54,437 nt of DNA from a virus. Position numbers and translations under genes: made by a program. This document shows, piece after piece, positions 1-10,515 of this stretch; positions within the stretch are counted from its first letter, which is position 1, and each line of letters begins with the position of its first letter. The notes below the pieces were generated by a model, which was given only the letters and a program-made list of their open reading frames with translations, was not told the origin of the DNA and searched no databases. Location of the stretch: IMG/VR virus record IMGVR_UViG_3300012985_000003. One strand, given 5' to 3'.

Positions 1-123
1 ACCATCGTCGACGAGACGATCGACGAGCTCCGCCGCGGCGTCGTGGACGCCAAGCAGAACCTGTTCCAGAAGCTGAACACGCAGGCGTCCGACGAGGTGA
101 TCCGCCTCGGCGAGCGCGGCAAC
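1..123. repeat. Terminal overlap: nt 1-123 are identical to nt 54315-54437 (circular closure of the assembly)
   Basis: Read directly at both ends (accatcgtcgacgagacg...ggcgagcgcggcaac). The overlap lies inside one ORF and in frame with it. Confidence 0.9.
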
Positions 124-3100
124 GGCCTCGGGATCCCGCCGATGAGCAGCGTCTACATGGCGATCGACCAGCACATGTTCAGCATGCTGGAGAAGTTCAA
201 GAACAAGCTCGCGGCCCGCGTCGAGACCGACATCAACTACGGCGAGGTCGCCCCGATCCTGCCGGTCGGGCAGTCGACCACGCGCGAGGGCATCTCGGCC
301 GCCACCCCGGGCGCCACGATGCACCAGCTCACCGTCGGCAACGACGCGTTCCGCGCCCCGCAGCACCTGCACTACGGCGACTACCGCTCCCCGAGCGAGA
401 CCGCCGGCCAGCGCCCCGACAACCTGGTGGACGCCCTCGTCAGCTGGTACGAGGCGATCTCGAGCGGCATCGGCGTCTCCGTCCGGCAGTCGATCCTGAG
501 CCGCGACGAGATCAGCCAGCGAGCGATGGCGATCCTGCAGAGCGTCGCCCGCGCGTACGGGCTCGAGGGCAACGGCGTCGTCGGCGCCCACGTCGTCGCG
601 CAGCTCTCCATGCCCAACTACTCCCGTGAGGGCACCGAGTGGACCGACCAGGGTGGGTTCATCTCCCTCGGCCAGTGGGCTCTCCGCGAGGCCGCCCGCC
701 AGGTCGACCACATCGCCGAGTACGAGGAGAAGGCGGGGCTGATCCAGAGCCTCGACGCCGACGAGGCGTGGGTCGAGATCTTCGACGCGACGCCCCTCAT
801 TGCCGTGATGGGTGCCGCTGCCGACAACTTCGGCCCGCAGATGACGGTCGGACAGCTCAAGGCCCAGTACAAGGCGAAGGACACGTTCGCCCGGCGCGAC
901 TTCCGCGAGCGCGCCCGCACCGACTACCGCTACGCCGGTGAGCGCCACGACGCGCCGTACACCCGCGACGAGCTCCTCGAGCTCACGCTGGACGAGGCCG
1001 CGTACAAGACGAGCATCGACGCGATCTTCGCCGCCGCCGACAAGGAGCTCTCCGCAGACCCCCGCTCCGGCGAGATCAACCCGAACTCCACCGACTACGT
1101 GCGCGACCAGCGCATGCAGAAGAGCCTGGAGAACGCGTTCGAGTACACTCGCAGGGCTCTCGCCGACCTGGCCAAGCTGCACCGCATCAAGAAGCTCGAC
1201 GTGGCCAGCGTGCTGCGCCTGCTCGACGGCAACCCGAACTTCGCCCGCACCATCGCGGACCTGCTGCCGACCGACATCGTCAACGTCGTGTTCGAGCCGC
1301 TGCCCGACGGCCGCGTCAACGTGGCCCGCTGGTTCGCGGAGATGCTGACGCAGCCGCCGAAGCAGGCGGTCATGACGTACTTCCGCAACACGCTGCAGGC
1401 CAAGCTCAACGTGCTCGGCAACGAGACGAACCCCAAGATGGTCGACGACCGGATGGTGGAGCTCGTGCTGCAGCTGCAGACCGACCCGCCGCGCCTCGCC
1501 CGGTTCCAGGAGCTCCTGCTCACCAGCCAGGACCTCTCGGAGTTCATGGCGACCGTCAACAAGGAGTTCCGCACCGGCGCGCCGCAGCTCGCGTGGTTCC
1601 GGGACGTGGCGTCCTTCGACCCCTCCCGCACCGCCGGCGGCTGGAGCAAGCAGCTGCCCGGCGCGGAGCTCCGCGACGCGATCCGCAACTTCGCGAACGC
1701 GGCGGTCGGCTTCCAGGACTACGCGAGCCAGGAGCTCGAGCTCGACGCCAACGACGCGGACCTGATGACGACCCTGCAGCACGCGCTCGCCCAGTACAAG
1801 AGTGGCAAGCGATCCGACAGCCTGCACCTGCTCGACACGCTGCAGCGCTCGTTCGCCACCTCGGCCGGCCTGCGCCCCGCCCTCGGCCCCGGCACCCTGA
1901 TGCGCAGCGTCTTCGGCGCGATCAGCGGGTTCATGGGCAAGATGACGGACAAGGGCCTCGGCGCGACCTACTACGAGACCCTGAGCAACATCCAGGCCCT
2001 CGGGTACTCGCCGCTGCAGAGCATCGGCTACGCGCAGATGCTCGGAGCCATGACGACCTGGGACGCCGACGACGCCGCCGCCAACATGGGACTGTTCGCG
2101 GGGCAGAACCTGCGCCTCGCCGACCGCGAGGGCCGCATCATCGAGTGGACGGCCCTCTCCAACGCCGGCCAGGGCCGCGACAAGTACCAGGACGTCGAGC
2201 GGTTCCTCGAGATGTGGAAGGACCCGGCGTACCGGCCGATGCTGCGCGCCGCCGTCTTCCCCACGGCGTTCGAGACGCTCGAGAACGGTGGGATGAGCCA
2301 GCAGCTCCTCACCAAGATGGGCCTCCGCGACCTCGTCGGCGAGCCGACCGAAGGCACCGTGTACGACCGGATGCTCGGGTCCAACGCGAACCGGGACGTC
2401 CTCCGCTACGCCGCGCAGATCGACGCGCTGACCAGCAAGTACGGTCGCAACTTCGGCCTGCAGCGCTACGCCGCCGACCTCGCGATCGCCCGCACCTCCA
2501 CCGCGAGCCGCACGCTCACCCCGGACGAGCTCGAGGCGATCGCGAACGAGGCGATGCTGGACGTGGCGCGCATGCTCCGCGCCGCCGCCGCGTACGGCAA
2601 GCCCGAGGAGATCGCCAAGATGGTCTCCGACGCGACGCGCCGGCTCTCCCAGAACCTGTCGGTCGACGAGTCGTTCGGCTCCGACGTGGCTGAGACGATC
2701 CGCGACGGCATCTACGCGAACGCGCTCAGCGTGCTGCCGGAGAACGCGTCGCCCGAGCAGATCAAGGCCGCCGAGCAGCGCGACGAGATCCTCGCCCGCG
2801 TCGTCTACGGCAACGACAACCTGTTCCGCGACTACGCCCAGGCGTACCTCATCGACTGGAGCGACGGGACGACCTCGCTGGAGCGCATGCGCGCCCTCAA
2901 CGACGAGGTGCAGAACAACCCCGCGATCGCGCAGAGCACGCTGAGCGACGAGGTCCGCATGCTCACCACGGCGACCGCGACTGACGCGACCGGCCTGGTG
3001 CCGGTGCTCGCGGCCGACCCCGAGCTCAACCGGGAGCGCTGGGACGCCGTGGCCCGCGCGGTGCTCGCGTACAAGTTCACCGAGAGTATCGTCGGCGTGA

Positions 3101-6100
3101 CGAGCACTCGCGTCGCGATGAGCACCCTGCCGAAGACCGTGACGTACGAGAGCGTCCTGGACGCTCTCACGGGCGACCTGAAGCGTGACACCCTCGGCCA
3201 CGCGCGGTACATGGATCAGTCGTTCCGATACCTCACGGACGCGATCGCCGACCCGAAGTCGCCGGAGCTGCTCGCGGCCCAGGACTTCCTCAACCTCACG
3301 ATCGGCGAGGGCCAGCGCTTCACGCTGACCGACCGGGACGAGCTCGAGATGCTCATCAACCGCGTCGTCGACCCCGAGAAGCTGGGACGCTGGACGCCGG
3401 AGATCATGCGGCAGAGCGTCGACGCGCAGAACCGCATCGACTCCTCCGGAGCCAGCCGCCAGGTCTCGAGCTCGGGCATCCTGTACGCGAAGTACGCGGC
3501 CCCGATCGCCGCCACGCACCGCACCTACCTCGACCCGGAGTCCGCTGGGGTCAAGCCCCGCGTCTTCACGCTCAGCCCCGTCGCTGCAGCGTCGCTGCGC
3601 GGAGACGCGCTCCCGAGCCTGCTGGAGGACGGGCTGTTCGGCGAGGACGGTCACGTTGAGCCGCTCGCCATGCTCAACGGCCGCTTCCTCGCCCGAGGCG
3701 CAGACGCGATCGTCGTCACGTACCGCGACGCTGCCGGCAACACGATCCAGGCGAACCTCCGCGACGCCGCCGCCATCAGCCCGGACCACGAGTTCCAGGG
3801 CGAGGCGCTCGGTCGCCGCGTCGGACTCGCGTCCACGAGCCTGGAGGAGCTGAGCGCCAGCCTCGGCTCCCTCGTCCCGAACGACGCCACCGAGATCTCG
3901 GTGCAGGTCTCGATCTACCACCCGGCAGACCTTCCCCCCGGCGCCGAGTGGGCGAACAACCTGTTCTTCGAGGGCGAGGACGGCATCGGAGACACGTACG
4001 AGAGTCTCCTCGCCAGCGGCATCATGGGTATCGACGGCGAGAACGTCATCGAGCAGCTCGCGAGCCTCAAGGCGAACAAGAAGGGCACCGACGCGCTCAT
4101 CAACCCCAAGCTCCCCACGGCAGAGGACATCGCCCTCCTGGAGGAGCTGGGAGACGTGTACGAGGTGCTCAAGGCGAAGACGCTGTTCGTCCTGTCGCAC
4201 TCGCTCGGCCACCGCCCGCTCGACCCCAAGGGCTACAACTTCCTGTTCAAGGACCTGAAGATGCGGCACGCGCTGCTCGTCACGGACGCAAGCGGGAACC
4301 AGCAGCTGCTGTCGGCCGACGAGGCGATCCGCCTCCAGGCGACGAGCTCGCTGCCGGAGGGCTCGACGGCTCGACTCATCACGCTCTCGCCCCGCACGCT
4401 GAACACCCTGCTCGGCGAGCAGAACACCCAGGGCCTGCTTCGCCCGATGCTCGAGGCTCCGACCATCGACTCGGCGGCGACTCCCGTCTGGACGGGTTCG
4501 CTGACCCCGCTGCTCCGCAAGGTGCCGGGGATCGTGGAGTCAGGGTCCACGGTGAACCTGCTCAATACCCGAGTCGGGGCTCGAGGCGCGATGAGCCAGA
4601 GCTCCGTCCGCCCGCCGTACACCCCGGCGGAGCTGCAGGCCCAGAAGCGGCGCCTCGAGACCTGGCGCAACTACCGCGTCGGGCCCGACGCGAGCCGCGA
4701 GCGCAACGCCGAGCCGTACGTCAAGCGGCGCGTCGCCGCGATGGAGACGCTGCAGCGAGACCAGAACTTCCTGACCGGCGTCCCGCAGTACGCGCTGCGC
4801 CAGGCCGGCATCGCCATGAACCTTCCGATCGACGCGGACCCGCGCTCTTCGGACCTCGCCGCGCAGACGGCGTTCGCCCAGCTGAACGCGACGCTGCAGG
4901 GCGAGGAGTTCAGTACGGCGTGGCAGGTGCAGTACAAGCCCGGCAAGCTCACTGGCGGCCGGGTCGCGGGCGTCCTCAGCGGTCTGAACGACATCCGCCA
5001 GGAGCCGGGCGACCACGAGGCCGCCGGCCAGCGACTGCTGCACCGAGACCTCGCGATCGTCCACGTCGACACGTTCCCGCAGGACCCGATTGAGCGGAAG
5101 CGGGAGCTCATCTCCTTCGTGCGGGAGCTCGCGGACAAGGGCGTCAGCATTGCCCTCATCGACTCGACCGGATCCATCGACAGCCGCACGCTGACGCCGG
5201 CCGACCTCGACAAGATCATGTATCGCACGGTGCCTGGCACGCGCGGCCTGTTCGTCCCGTTCGACCCGACCAGCAACTTCCGCACCCTGGAGGCGCTGTA
5301 CTCGCGCCTCACGGAGACGGAGGAGCTGTGGCCGGACTCGTTCGCGACGGTCTTCCACTCCCGCACGCTGTCGGTCACCGAGAACGCGGCCCTGGCGAAC
5401 AAGCTCGCCAGCATGAACGGGCGCGAGCTCGTGCTCACGAGCAGCCTGGCCCCGATCAACGCGTACGACCAGTTCGGCGTCGCGGCCACGCAGGAGCAGC
5501 GCGTCTTCGTGAGCGAGCAGCTCAACGCGATGGCGGTCGACCCCCGCACGATCGACCACCTGCTCGCGATCAACCCGCCGGAGAAGGAGCCGGGCCGCCG
5601 CGTCAGCACGCGTCAGGCTCGCAAGGATGCCGACGCTCGCGCCGAGCTCACTGCAGCCCTCCGTCGGGCCGCGTCGAGCTACGACGTGGGAACCGGCCTC
5701 CCCGCCGTCGGCAGCGACTTCGGCACCGGCGACATCATCGTGCTCGTCGGCCCGGGCAACCGCCTGATCCTCGTCCGCCACGGCCACGAGCCGATCCGTG
5801 ACCTGACGGAGCTCTCGGCCCAGCTCGCCGCCCCGGCGAACGAGGGCGGGGCGGCCTCCAACGTCGCGATCTACGGCACCCGGACCCAGGAGAACGCGAC
5901 GGCGTACTCGGGCAAGATCCGCGCGTGGGTGCCGGAGAACGGGTACGGCCTGTCGGTTCGCCAGAGCATCGCGATCAGCGAGCTCGGCAACAAGGAGGTC
6001 CTGCAGCGCAACGGCGCGAAGCTCGTCATCAGCGGTGGCTTCGAGGAGGCGGGGCTCGAGGTGCCCGCCTTCGGGCCGCTCCGGAACTTCGACCTGAACT

Positions 6101-9100
6101 TCGCGACCCACTGGGCGGACACCGCGAGCAAGGAGAACTACGACGGGCTCATCGTGAGCGCCCGCGAGGCGTTCGCCTTCCTCGGGATGGACTTCGTCCC
6201 CGCCTACGCGGAGTCTCTGCTGGGGATCTCGCGCCCCGACTGGGACGCCCTGAAGCCGGCGGAGCAGCAGCGGATTCGACAGGACATCCAAGACCTGTTC
6301 AAGGAGCTCGCCCGCCAGGCTGAGCTCGACGTAGCCGCCGTCGAGAGCCTGCGCAACAGCCTGTTCAACCCCGACGACGCGTTCACTGCCGCGATGAGCC
6401 GCCTCTCCGGCAGCCTCGGCACGTTCAACACCGCCGTCCTGACGAAGCCGGTGGCGCAGCGAACGCCTGCCGACCAGGTGACGCTCGCAGCCCTCGTGTA
6501 CCTGCAGTACAAGCAGGCACGCCCGAGTGACGTGATGGGCGCCCCGGGCTTCGACGCCCCCCGCGTCGGCAACAACCCCGTCTCGGTGCGCCTGCCGGAG
6601 CTGTTCACGGCGACCTTCGACAAGGCGCCGCTCGGCAGCCCGCTGCGCGGCTACATCTTCAACGAGCTCAACCTTCGGCTGAACAACAAGCCGGGGCTCG
6701 AGGACGGATCGGGCTACCAGCTCAAGGAGGACTGGACGTTCCTCGTCACGAACAAGGACGCGTCGATGACGCACGAGGGCTACCTGCAGTTCGCCGAGCT
6801 CCACACCTCCGGACACACCCCAGAGCTCAAGGCACAGTCTCGCGATCGCAACCGCACCGAGGCGGCGTCTCGCCAGCAGACCCTGATGATCGAGGAGACG
6901 CTCGGCGCGCACCTGTACCGGGCGAAGGACCTGCGGAAGACGGAGGCGTTCGTCACCCGCTCCAACGTCACCAAGGTCCAGTCGGGTCGGGACGTGCTCG
7001 CCGTGATGAACAACGAGCGGCTCCGTCAGGTCCCGACCTACTCCCTGACGCGGCAACTGCTGCCGGCGGAGCGAGTGGCCCTCGAGGTCAACCGCGACGC
7101 CCGCATCCAGTTCGAGCAGCCCGCAGACGAGAGCGAGTGGACGACCGCCGAGAAGGCGGAGGCTGCCACGCTCCGCAACGGCATCGTGCTCGACATGGGG
7201 CTCACGGAGGCCAGCGCCTCCCGCGTCGACGCGTGGGTCCGCGCGTGGCTCGGCCGCCCCGCAGCCGCGCCCGGCCAGGACCCGACCATCGGCTCGTTCT
7301 CGTTCCGTGACTTCAAGGACGCGGTCGAGCTCGGGATCCGGCCCATGCTGAGCGAGGGCCGCTACCCGGTCGACCGCGCGAGCCAGAGCATGATGGGGCT
7401 GAGCGACGTGCTGCTCCTCGCCCGGGCGCACAAGCCCGGCAACAAGTGGCAGCTGCGCGGCGCCGACGGCACGGTCGCACAGAGCCTCGAGGACTTCGTC
7501 CTGGTGGCGCTGAACCCGAACCGCAACCCCCCGGAGCCGCTGTTCCAGACGGCCGCCGACGGCTACATGAACACCTTCCGCGAGATGGGCGACCTGTTCG
7601 CCAACCTCCCGGTGAGCATGGATCCCGTCCGCTCGGCCCAGCTCCAGACGGCCAACATCGGGAACGCCGGCGCCACCATCTCCAGCATCTTCGGTGGCCG
7701 GCTCTCCGGCGGCGTGTGGCAGGGCGACTACCCGCCCAGCTCGGGTCTCGACGCGGCGCAGAAGCGCTTCGCGGCGTACCGCAAGAAGAACTCGATCCCC
7801 GAGCCCGTGCCGCTGACGATGGAGCAGCTCCGCTCCGGCGGCTGGCGGTTCGTCACGCAGGGCACCAGCAGCAACGCCCTGATGCGGATCCTCACCAACA
7901 TGCGCGCCGCGAACGGCATGTTCAACCCGTGGCTGTACGTCACGGCCCCGGTCGAGAGCGGCATCAAGAACTTCCTGGAGGTCGTGAAGGACACGCTCAC
8001 CGGCGACGCCTTCGTCGGCGGCAAGGACCTGCAGCAGCGCGCGGCAGCCGTCGACCGGGCTCTCGGCGAGAACCAGGGCTTCATGGGCATGATCAACCAG
8101 GACATCCTGGTCCACGCGAAGCTGCACAACGCGGGCTGGGCCGAGCGGACCTCGGCGAAGCTCGCGGGGATCGCTGGCCGCTGGCAGGACCCGTCGTACG
8201 GCATGAAGCAGTCCATGATGGCGAAGCGGTACCGAATGAGCGTCATGAGCAACGCCATGAGCATGGGCAGCCGCATGACGCTCACGCCGGAGCAGCTGCT
8301 GAACGGGCTGCAGACGGACCCGCAGTTCGTCAAGAAGAACTACCGCGAGCTCCACCAGTACGCGATCAACCGCATCGCGAACCTTCGGAGCCTGAAGCCC
8401 ACCGTCCTGAGCCTGCTCCTGATGAAGAACTTCATCGACCCGCTGACGCACAACCCCCGCGTCATCGTGAACATCCCCGCGACGCTCGGGCTCAAGCTGC
8501 CGTTCCTGTTCTTCAACTACGCGAGCAACGCGGCGACGAACATGCTCGGCCTGCAGGCCCTCAACGCCGTCTCCGCCGTCGCGCTGAACAGCCCGTCCAT
8601 CAAGAAGGGCCTCGGCCACGCCCGCGCCTGGCTGAAGGGCGAGTCGAAGGACTACAACGCCGCCATCCACGACATCGACTTCGTGGCGGAGACGATGGAG
8701 AACGTCAACCTCGCCGACGCCGTCATCCAGAGCGGCCTGACCCACACGGCCCTGATGGGTCTCGGCCTGCTGACCGGCAGCCTCGGGCTGAACGGCGAGG
8801 ACGATGAGGACAAGCGTCGCCGCCGTGCAGCTCAGGCGGAGGGCGCCGGCTGGGTGTACGACCCGCGCGAGATCGTCAACGACTGGCGCAACGCCGACGC
8901 GCTGTACCTCGACAACCTGCCGGACTGGTTCCCGTTCGCGGAGCAGCTGAAGCAGATGTACAAGGTCGGCGTCGACCAGGACGGCGAGCCGGTGAGCATG
9001 GTGCAGCTGCACTGGACGCTCAAGCAGTTCATCTCGCCGATGATGGGCATCGACAACTACCTGACGACCGGCAACTTCGCCCACGTCCTCTGGGGCTTCG

Positions 9101-10515
9101 AGGACGCCCTCGGCAGCATGCCGCTGATCAACGAGACGGGCTTCGACGAGGCCGCGCGAATCGCGACCGAGCTCGAGAACGCTGCGCGCGACGCGGAGAG
9201 CCGGGGCAACCCGGTCGACCTCGTGAACAGCTTCGGCTTCATGATCAACGGCGTGATGGCGCTGGAGCGCATGCTGCTGGAGAACTCGTTCGTCAACAGC
9301 ATCTACACGGCGGCCGACCAGTACGACCGCGACCCGTACACCCTTGCCGACCTCAACGACACGGGCGAGATCCAGCGCGACGACAACGGGCAGCCGATGA
9401 AGACCGACGCGCTGCAGCAGTTTGTGAACGACGCCGGCGAGCCTGCGGTCGGATCCCTCCAGGCCAGTCCGACCGAGGCCCGGATCAAGACGCTCACGGA
9501 GAACCGCGCGAGCCTCGCGCTGTTCACCAGCCTCTTCACCGGACTCGCAGACAGTGAGTACATCCGGTACAACATGGCCGTGAAGACGCGCAAGGTCGAC
9601 GGGACCGAGCTCACCGAGAACGAAGCCATCAGCGTCATCATGAGCATGTGGGACCCGAAGCAGCAGCGCGAGGTCCTCACGACTGAGGGCGGCATGGCCG
9701 TCATCAAGGGCCTCCAGATGGGGACGCTGCGCCCCGGAGACCCGGCGATGGAGGGTCTGTACCTGTCGTACGAGGACCGCCAGAAGATCGCGAACGAGCT
9801 CACCGCGAAGCTGACCCAGGAGTACCTGGACCTCGGGCTCAGCAAGGACGTCGCGGACGAGCAGGTGCGCCAGACGTTCTACGGCAGCGAGACGAACCCG
9901 TACGCCACGCCGCTGAACGACGTGATCTTCAACAGCGACTACATCAGCTACAACCCGACGACCACGTACAAGCAGCTGAACACGACCTACGTCACCGGCC
10001 CGGACGGGATGCCGTGGGCGACTGGCATCGCGCGGAGCTCGCTGGAGAACTTCTTCGGCCAGGCCCCGCTCCAGACCTACAACTCCGGCCAGCTCGGCGG
10101 CGGACTCGACCAGGATTCGCGTCTCAACTCGACGGACTCCCTCGCCAACGTCAACACCGGCATGCGGAACCTCGAGCGCGAGCACTCGTCGGTCGCGAAC
10201 CCGACGATGAGTGACCTGCAGGAGCTGATCGACAAGAACTTCCAGGAAGTCCTGGATGCAGTCAACCACCCGAGCTGGACCAACTACGCCGACGGCGTCT
10301 ACGGTCGCTCCCGCTACAGCCGCTCCGGCGGCTACGGCGGCGGCGGCGGTGGAGGCGGCGGCTGGAGCTACCGCCTGAACGGGCCGGAGCGCGGCGACGT
10401 GACGTACAACCGCGGAATCCCCTTCGTCAATACCAGTAACCCCATCATTCGACGCTCTACAATTAGGAGAGAGCGTTTCTCCAGCGAACGCGGAAGGCTG
10501 AACCAGTGGCAGTAG
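1..10515 (+). CDS. Giant virion/ejection-type protein, C-terminal 3,504 codons. It continues from 51561..54437 across the junction; full length is 4,422 aa.
   Basis: One open frame runs from nt 1 to TAG 10513-10515, in frame with 51561..54437, with GC-rich third positions throughout. Hydrophobic helices lie near 8395-8800 (LSLLLMKNF, TALMGLGLLTGSLGL). A poly-Gly tract GYGGGGGGGGGW lies at about 10327-10365. Confidence 0.85.
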   Translation, partial: TIVDETIDELRRGVVDAKQNLFQKLNTQASDEVIRLGERGNGLGIPPMSSVYMAIDQHMFSMLEKFKNKLAARVETDINYGEVAPILPVGQSTTREGISAATPGATMHQLTVGNDAFRAPQHLHYGDYRSPSETAGQRPDNLVDALVSWYEAISSGIGVSVRQSILSRDEISQRAMAILQSVARAYGLEGNGVVGAHVVAQLSMPNYSREGTEWTDQGGFISLGQWALREAARQVDHIAEYEEKAGLIQSLDADEAWVEIFDATPLIAVMGAAADNFGPQMTVGQLKAQYKAKDTFARRDFRERARTDYRYAGERHDAPYTRDELLELTLDEAAYKTSIDAIFAAADKELSADPRSGEINPNSTDYVRDQRMQKSLENAFEYTRRALADLAKLHRIKKLDVASVLRLLDGNPNFARTIADLLPTDIVNVVFEPLPDGRVNVARWFAEMLTQPPKQAVMTYFRNTLQAKLNVLGNETNPKMVDDRMVELVLQLQTDPPRLARFQELLLTSQDLSEFMATVNKEFRTGAPQLAWFRDVASFDPSRTAGGWSKQLPGAELRDAIRNFANAAVGFQDYASQELELDANDADLMTTLQHALAQYKSGKRSDSLHLLDTLQRSFATSAGLRPALGPGTLMRSVFGAISGFMGKMTDKGLGATYYETLSNIQALGYSPLQSIGYAQMLGAMTTWDADDAAANMGLFAGQNLRLADREGRIIEWTALSNAGQGRDKYQDVERFLEMWKDPAYRPMLRAAVFPTAFETLENGGMSQQLLTKMGLRDLVGEPTEGTVYDRMLGSNANRDVLRYAAQIDALTSKYGRNFGLQRYAADLAIARTSTASRTLTPDELEAIANEAMLDVARMLRAAAAYGKPEEIAKMVSDATRRLSQNLSVDESFGSDVAETIRDGIYANALSVLPENASPEQIKAAEQRDEILARVVYGNDNLFRDYAQAYLIDWSDGTTSLERMRALNDEVQNNPAIAQSTLSDEVRMLTTATATDATGLVPVLAADPELNRERWDAVARAVLAYKFTESIVGVTSTRVAMSTLPKTVTYESVLDALTGDLKRDTLGHARYMDQSFRYLTDAIADPKSPELLAAQDFLNLTIGEGQRFTLTDRDELEMLINRVVDPEKLGRWTPEIMRQSVDAQNRIDSSGASRQVSSSGILYAKYAAPIAATHRTYLDPESAGVKPRVFTLSPVAAASLRGDALPSLLEDGLFGEDGHVEPLAMLNGRFLARGADAIVVTYRDAAGNTIQANLRDAAAISPDHEFQGEALGRRVGLASTSLEELSASLGSLVPNDATEISVQVSIYHPADLPPGAEWANNLFFEGEDGIGDTYESLLASGIMGIDGENVIEQLASLKANKKGTDALINPKLPTAEDIALLEELGDVYEVLKAKTLFVLSHSLGHRPLDPKGYNFLFKDLKMRHALLVTDASGNQQLLSADEAIRLQATSSLPEGSTARLITLSPRTLNTLLGEQNTQGLLRPMLEAPTIDSAATPVWTGSLTPLLRKVPGIVESGSTVNLLNTRVGARGAMSQSSVRPPYTPAELQAQKRRLETWRNYRVGPDASRERNAEPYVKRRVAAMETLQRDQNFLTGVPQYALRQAGIAMNLPIDADPRSSDLAAQTAFAQLNATLQGEEFSTAWQVQYKPGKLTGGRVAGVLSGLNDIRQEPGDHEAAGQRLLHRDLAIVHVDTFPQDPIERKRELISFVRELADKGVSIALIDSTGSIDSRTLTPADLDKIMYRTVPGTRGLFVPFDPTSNFRTLEALYSRLTETEELWPDSFATVFHSRTLSVTENAALANKLASMNGRELVLTSSLAPINAYDQFGVAATQEQRVFVSEQLNAMAVDPRTIDHLLAINPPEKEPGRRVSTRQARKDADARAELTAALRRAASSYDVGTGLPAVGSDFGTGDIIVLVGPGNRLILVRHGHEPIRDLTELSAQLAAPANEGGAASNVAIYGTRTQENATAYSGKIRAWVPENGYGLSVRQSIAISELGNKEVLQRNGAKLVISGGFEEAGLEVPAFGPLRNFDLNFATHWADTASKENYDGLIVSAREAFAFLGMDFVPAYAESLLGISRPDWDALKPAEQQRIRQDIQDLFKELARQAELDVAAVESLRNSLFNPDDAFTAAMSRLSGSLGTFNTAVLTKPVAQRTPADQVTLAALVYLQYKQARPSDVMGAPGFDAPRVGNNPVSVRLPELFTATFDKAPLGSPLRGYIFNELNLRLNNKPGLEDGSGYQLKEDWTFLVTNKDASMTHEGYLQFAELHTSGHTPELKAQSRDRNRTEAASRQQTLMIEETLGAHLYRAKDLRKTEAFVTRSNVTKVQSGRDVLAVMNNERLRQVPTYSLTRQLLPAERVALEVNRDARIQFEQPADESEWTTAEKAEAATLRNGIVLDMGLTEASASRVDAWVRAWLGRPAAAPGQDPTIGSFSFRDFKDAVELGIRPMLSEGRYPVDRASQSMMGLSDVLLLARAHKPGNKWQLRGADGTVAQSLEDFVLVALNPNRNPPEPLFQTAADGYMNTFREMGDLFANLPVSMDPVRSAQLQTANIGNAGATISSIFGGRLSGGVWQGDYPPSSGLDAAQKRFAAYRKKNSIPEPVPLTMEQLRSGGWRFVTQGTSSNALMRILTNMRAANGMFNPWLYVTAPVESGIKNFLEVVKDTLTGDAFVGGKDLQQRAAAVDRALGENQGFMGMINQDILVHAKLHNAGWAERTSAKLAGIAGRWQDPSYGMKQSMMAKRYRMSVMSNAMSMGSRMTLTPEQLLNGLQTDPQFVKKNYRELHQYAINRIANLRSLKPTVLSLLLMKNFIDPLTHNPRVIVNIPATLGLKLPFLFFNYASNAATNMLGLQALNAVSAVALNSPSIKKGLGHARAWLKGESKDYNAAIHDIDFVAETMENVNLADAVIQSGLTHTALMGLGLLTGSLGLNGEDDEDKRRRRAAQAEGAGWVYDPREIVNDWRNADALYLDNLPDWFPFAEQLKQMYKVGVDQDGEPVSMVQLHWTLKQFISPMMGIDNYLTTGNFAHVLWGFEDALGSMPLINETGFDEAARIATELENAARDAESRGNPVDLVNSFGFMINGVMALERMLLENSFVNSIYTAADQYDRDPYTLADLNDTGEIQRDDNGQPMKTDALQQFVNDAGEPAVGSLQASPTEARIKTLTENRASLALFTSLFTGLADSEYIRYNMAVKTRKVDGTELTENEAISVIMSMWDPKQQREVLTTEGGMAVIKGLQMGTLRPGDPAMEGLYLSYEDRQKIANELTAKLTQEYLDLGLSKDVADEQVRQTFYGSETNPYATPLNDVIFNSDYISYNPTTTYKQLNTTYVTGPDGMPWATGIARSSLENFFGQAPLQTYNSGQLGGGLDQDSRLNSTDSLANVNTGMRNLEREHSSVANPTMSDLQELIDKNFQEVLDAVNHPSWTNYADGVYGRSRYSRSGGYGGGGGGGGGWSYRLNGPERGDVTYNRGIPFVNTSNPIIRRSTIRRERFSSERGRLNQWQ

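Noticed and set aside
1-123. The terminal 123-bp repeat as a biological direct terminal repeat.
   Set aside because: It lies inside a single ORF and in frame with it, far from the regulatory or intergenic region. An assembly overlap of a circular contig is the simpler explanation. Only read-level data could overturn this.
5970-6020. ELGNKEVLQRNGAKLVIS in the middle of the giant protein as the beta-like K..R.G.K.VIS motif.
   Set aside because: It lies about 2,000 aa downstream of the DFDGD barrel, in the wrong order for known two-barrel polymerases, and nothing around it matches. The aa 445-474 candidate fits better.
4540-10269. Very long antisense ORF (1,909 aa). Similar long ORFs lie opposite real genes (12379-15822, 15428-17032, 21736-23049, 25324-27177, 29659-31290, 51366-54077) and in off-frames on both strands.
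   Set aside because: These are typical shadow ORFs of a high-GC genome. Their translations are monotonous R/A/G/P/V-rich strings, their third positions are not GC-enriched, and each is fully covered by a better ORF on the other strand or frame.
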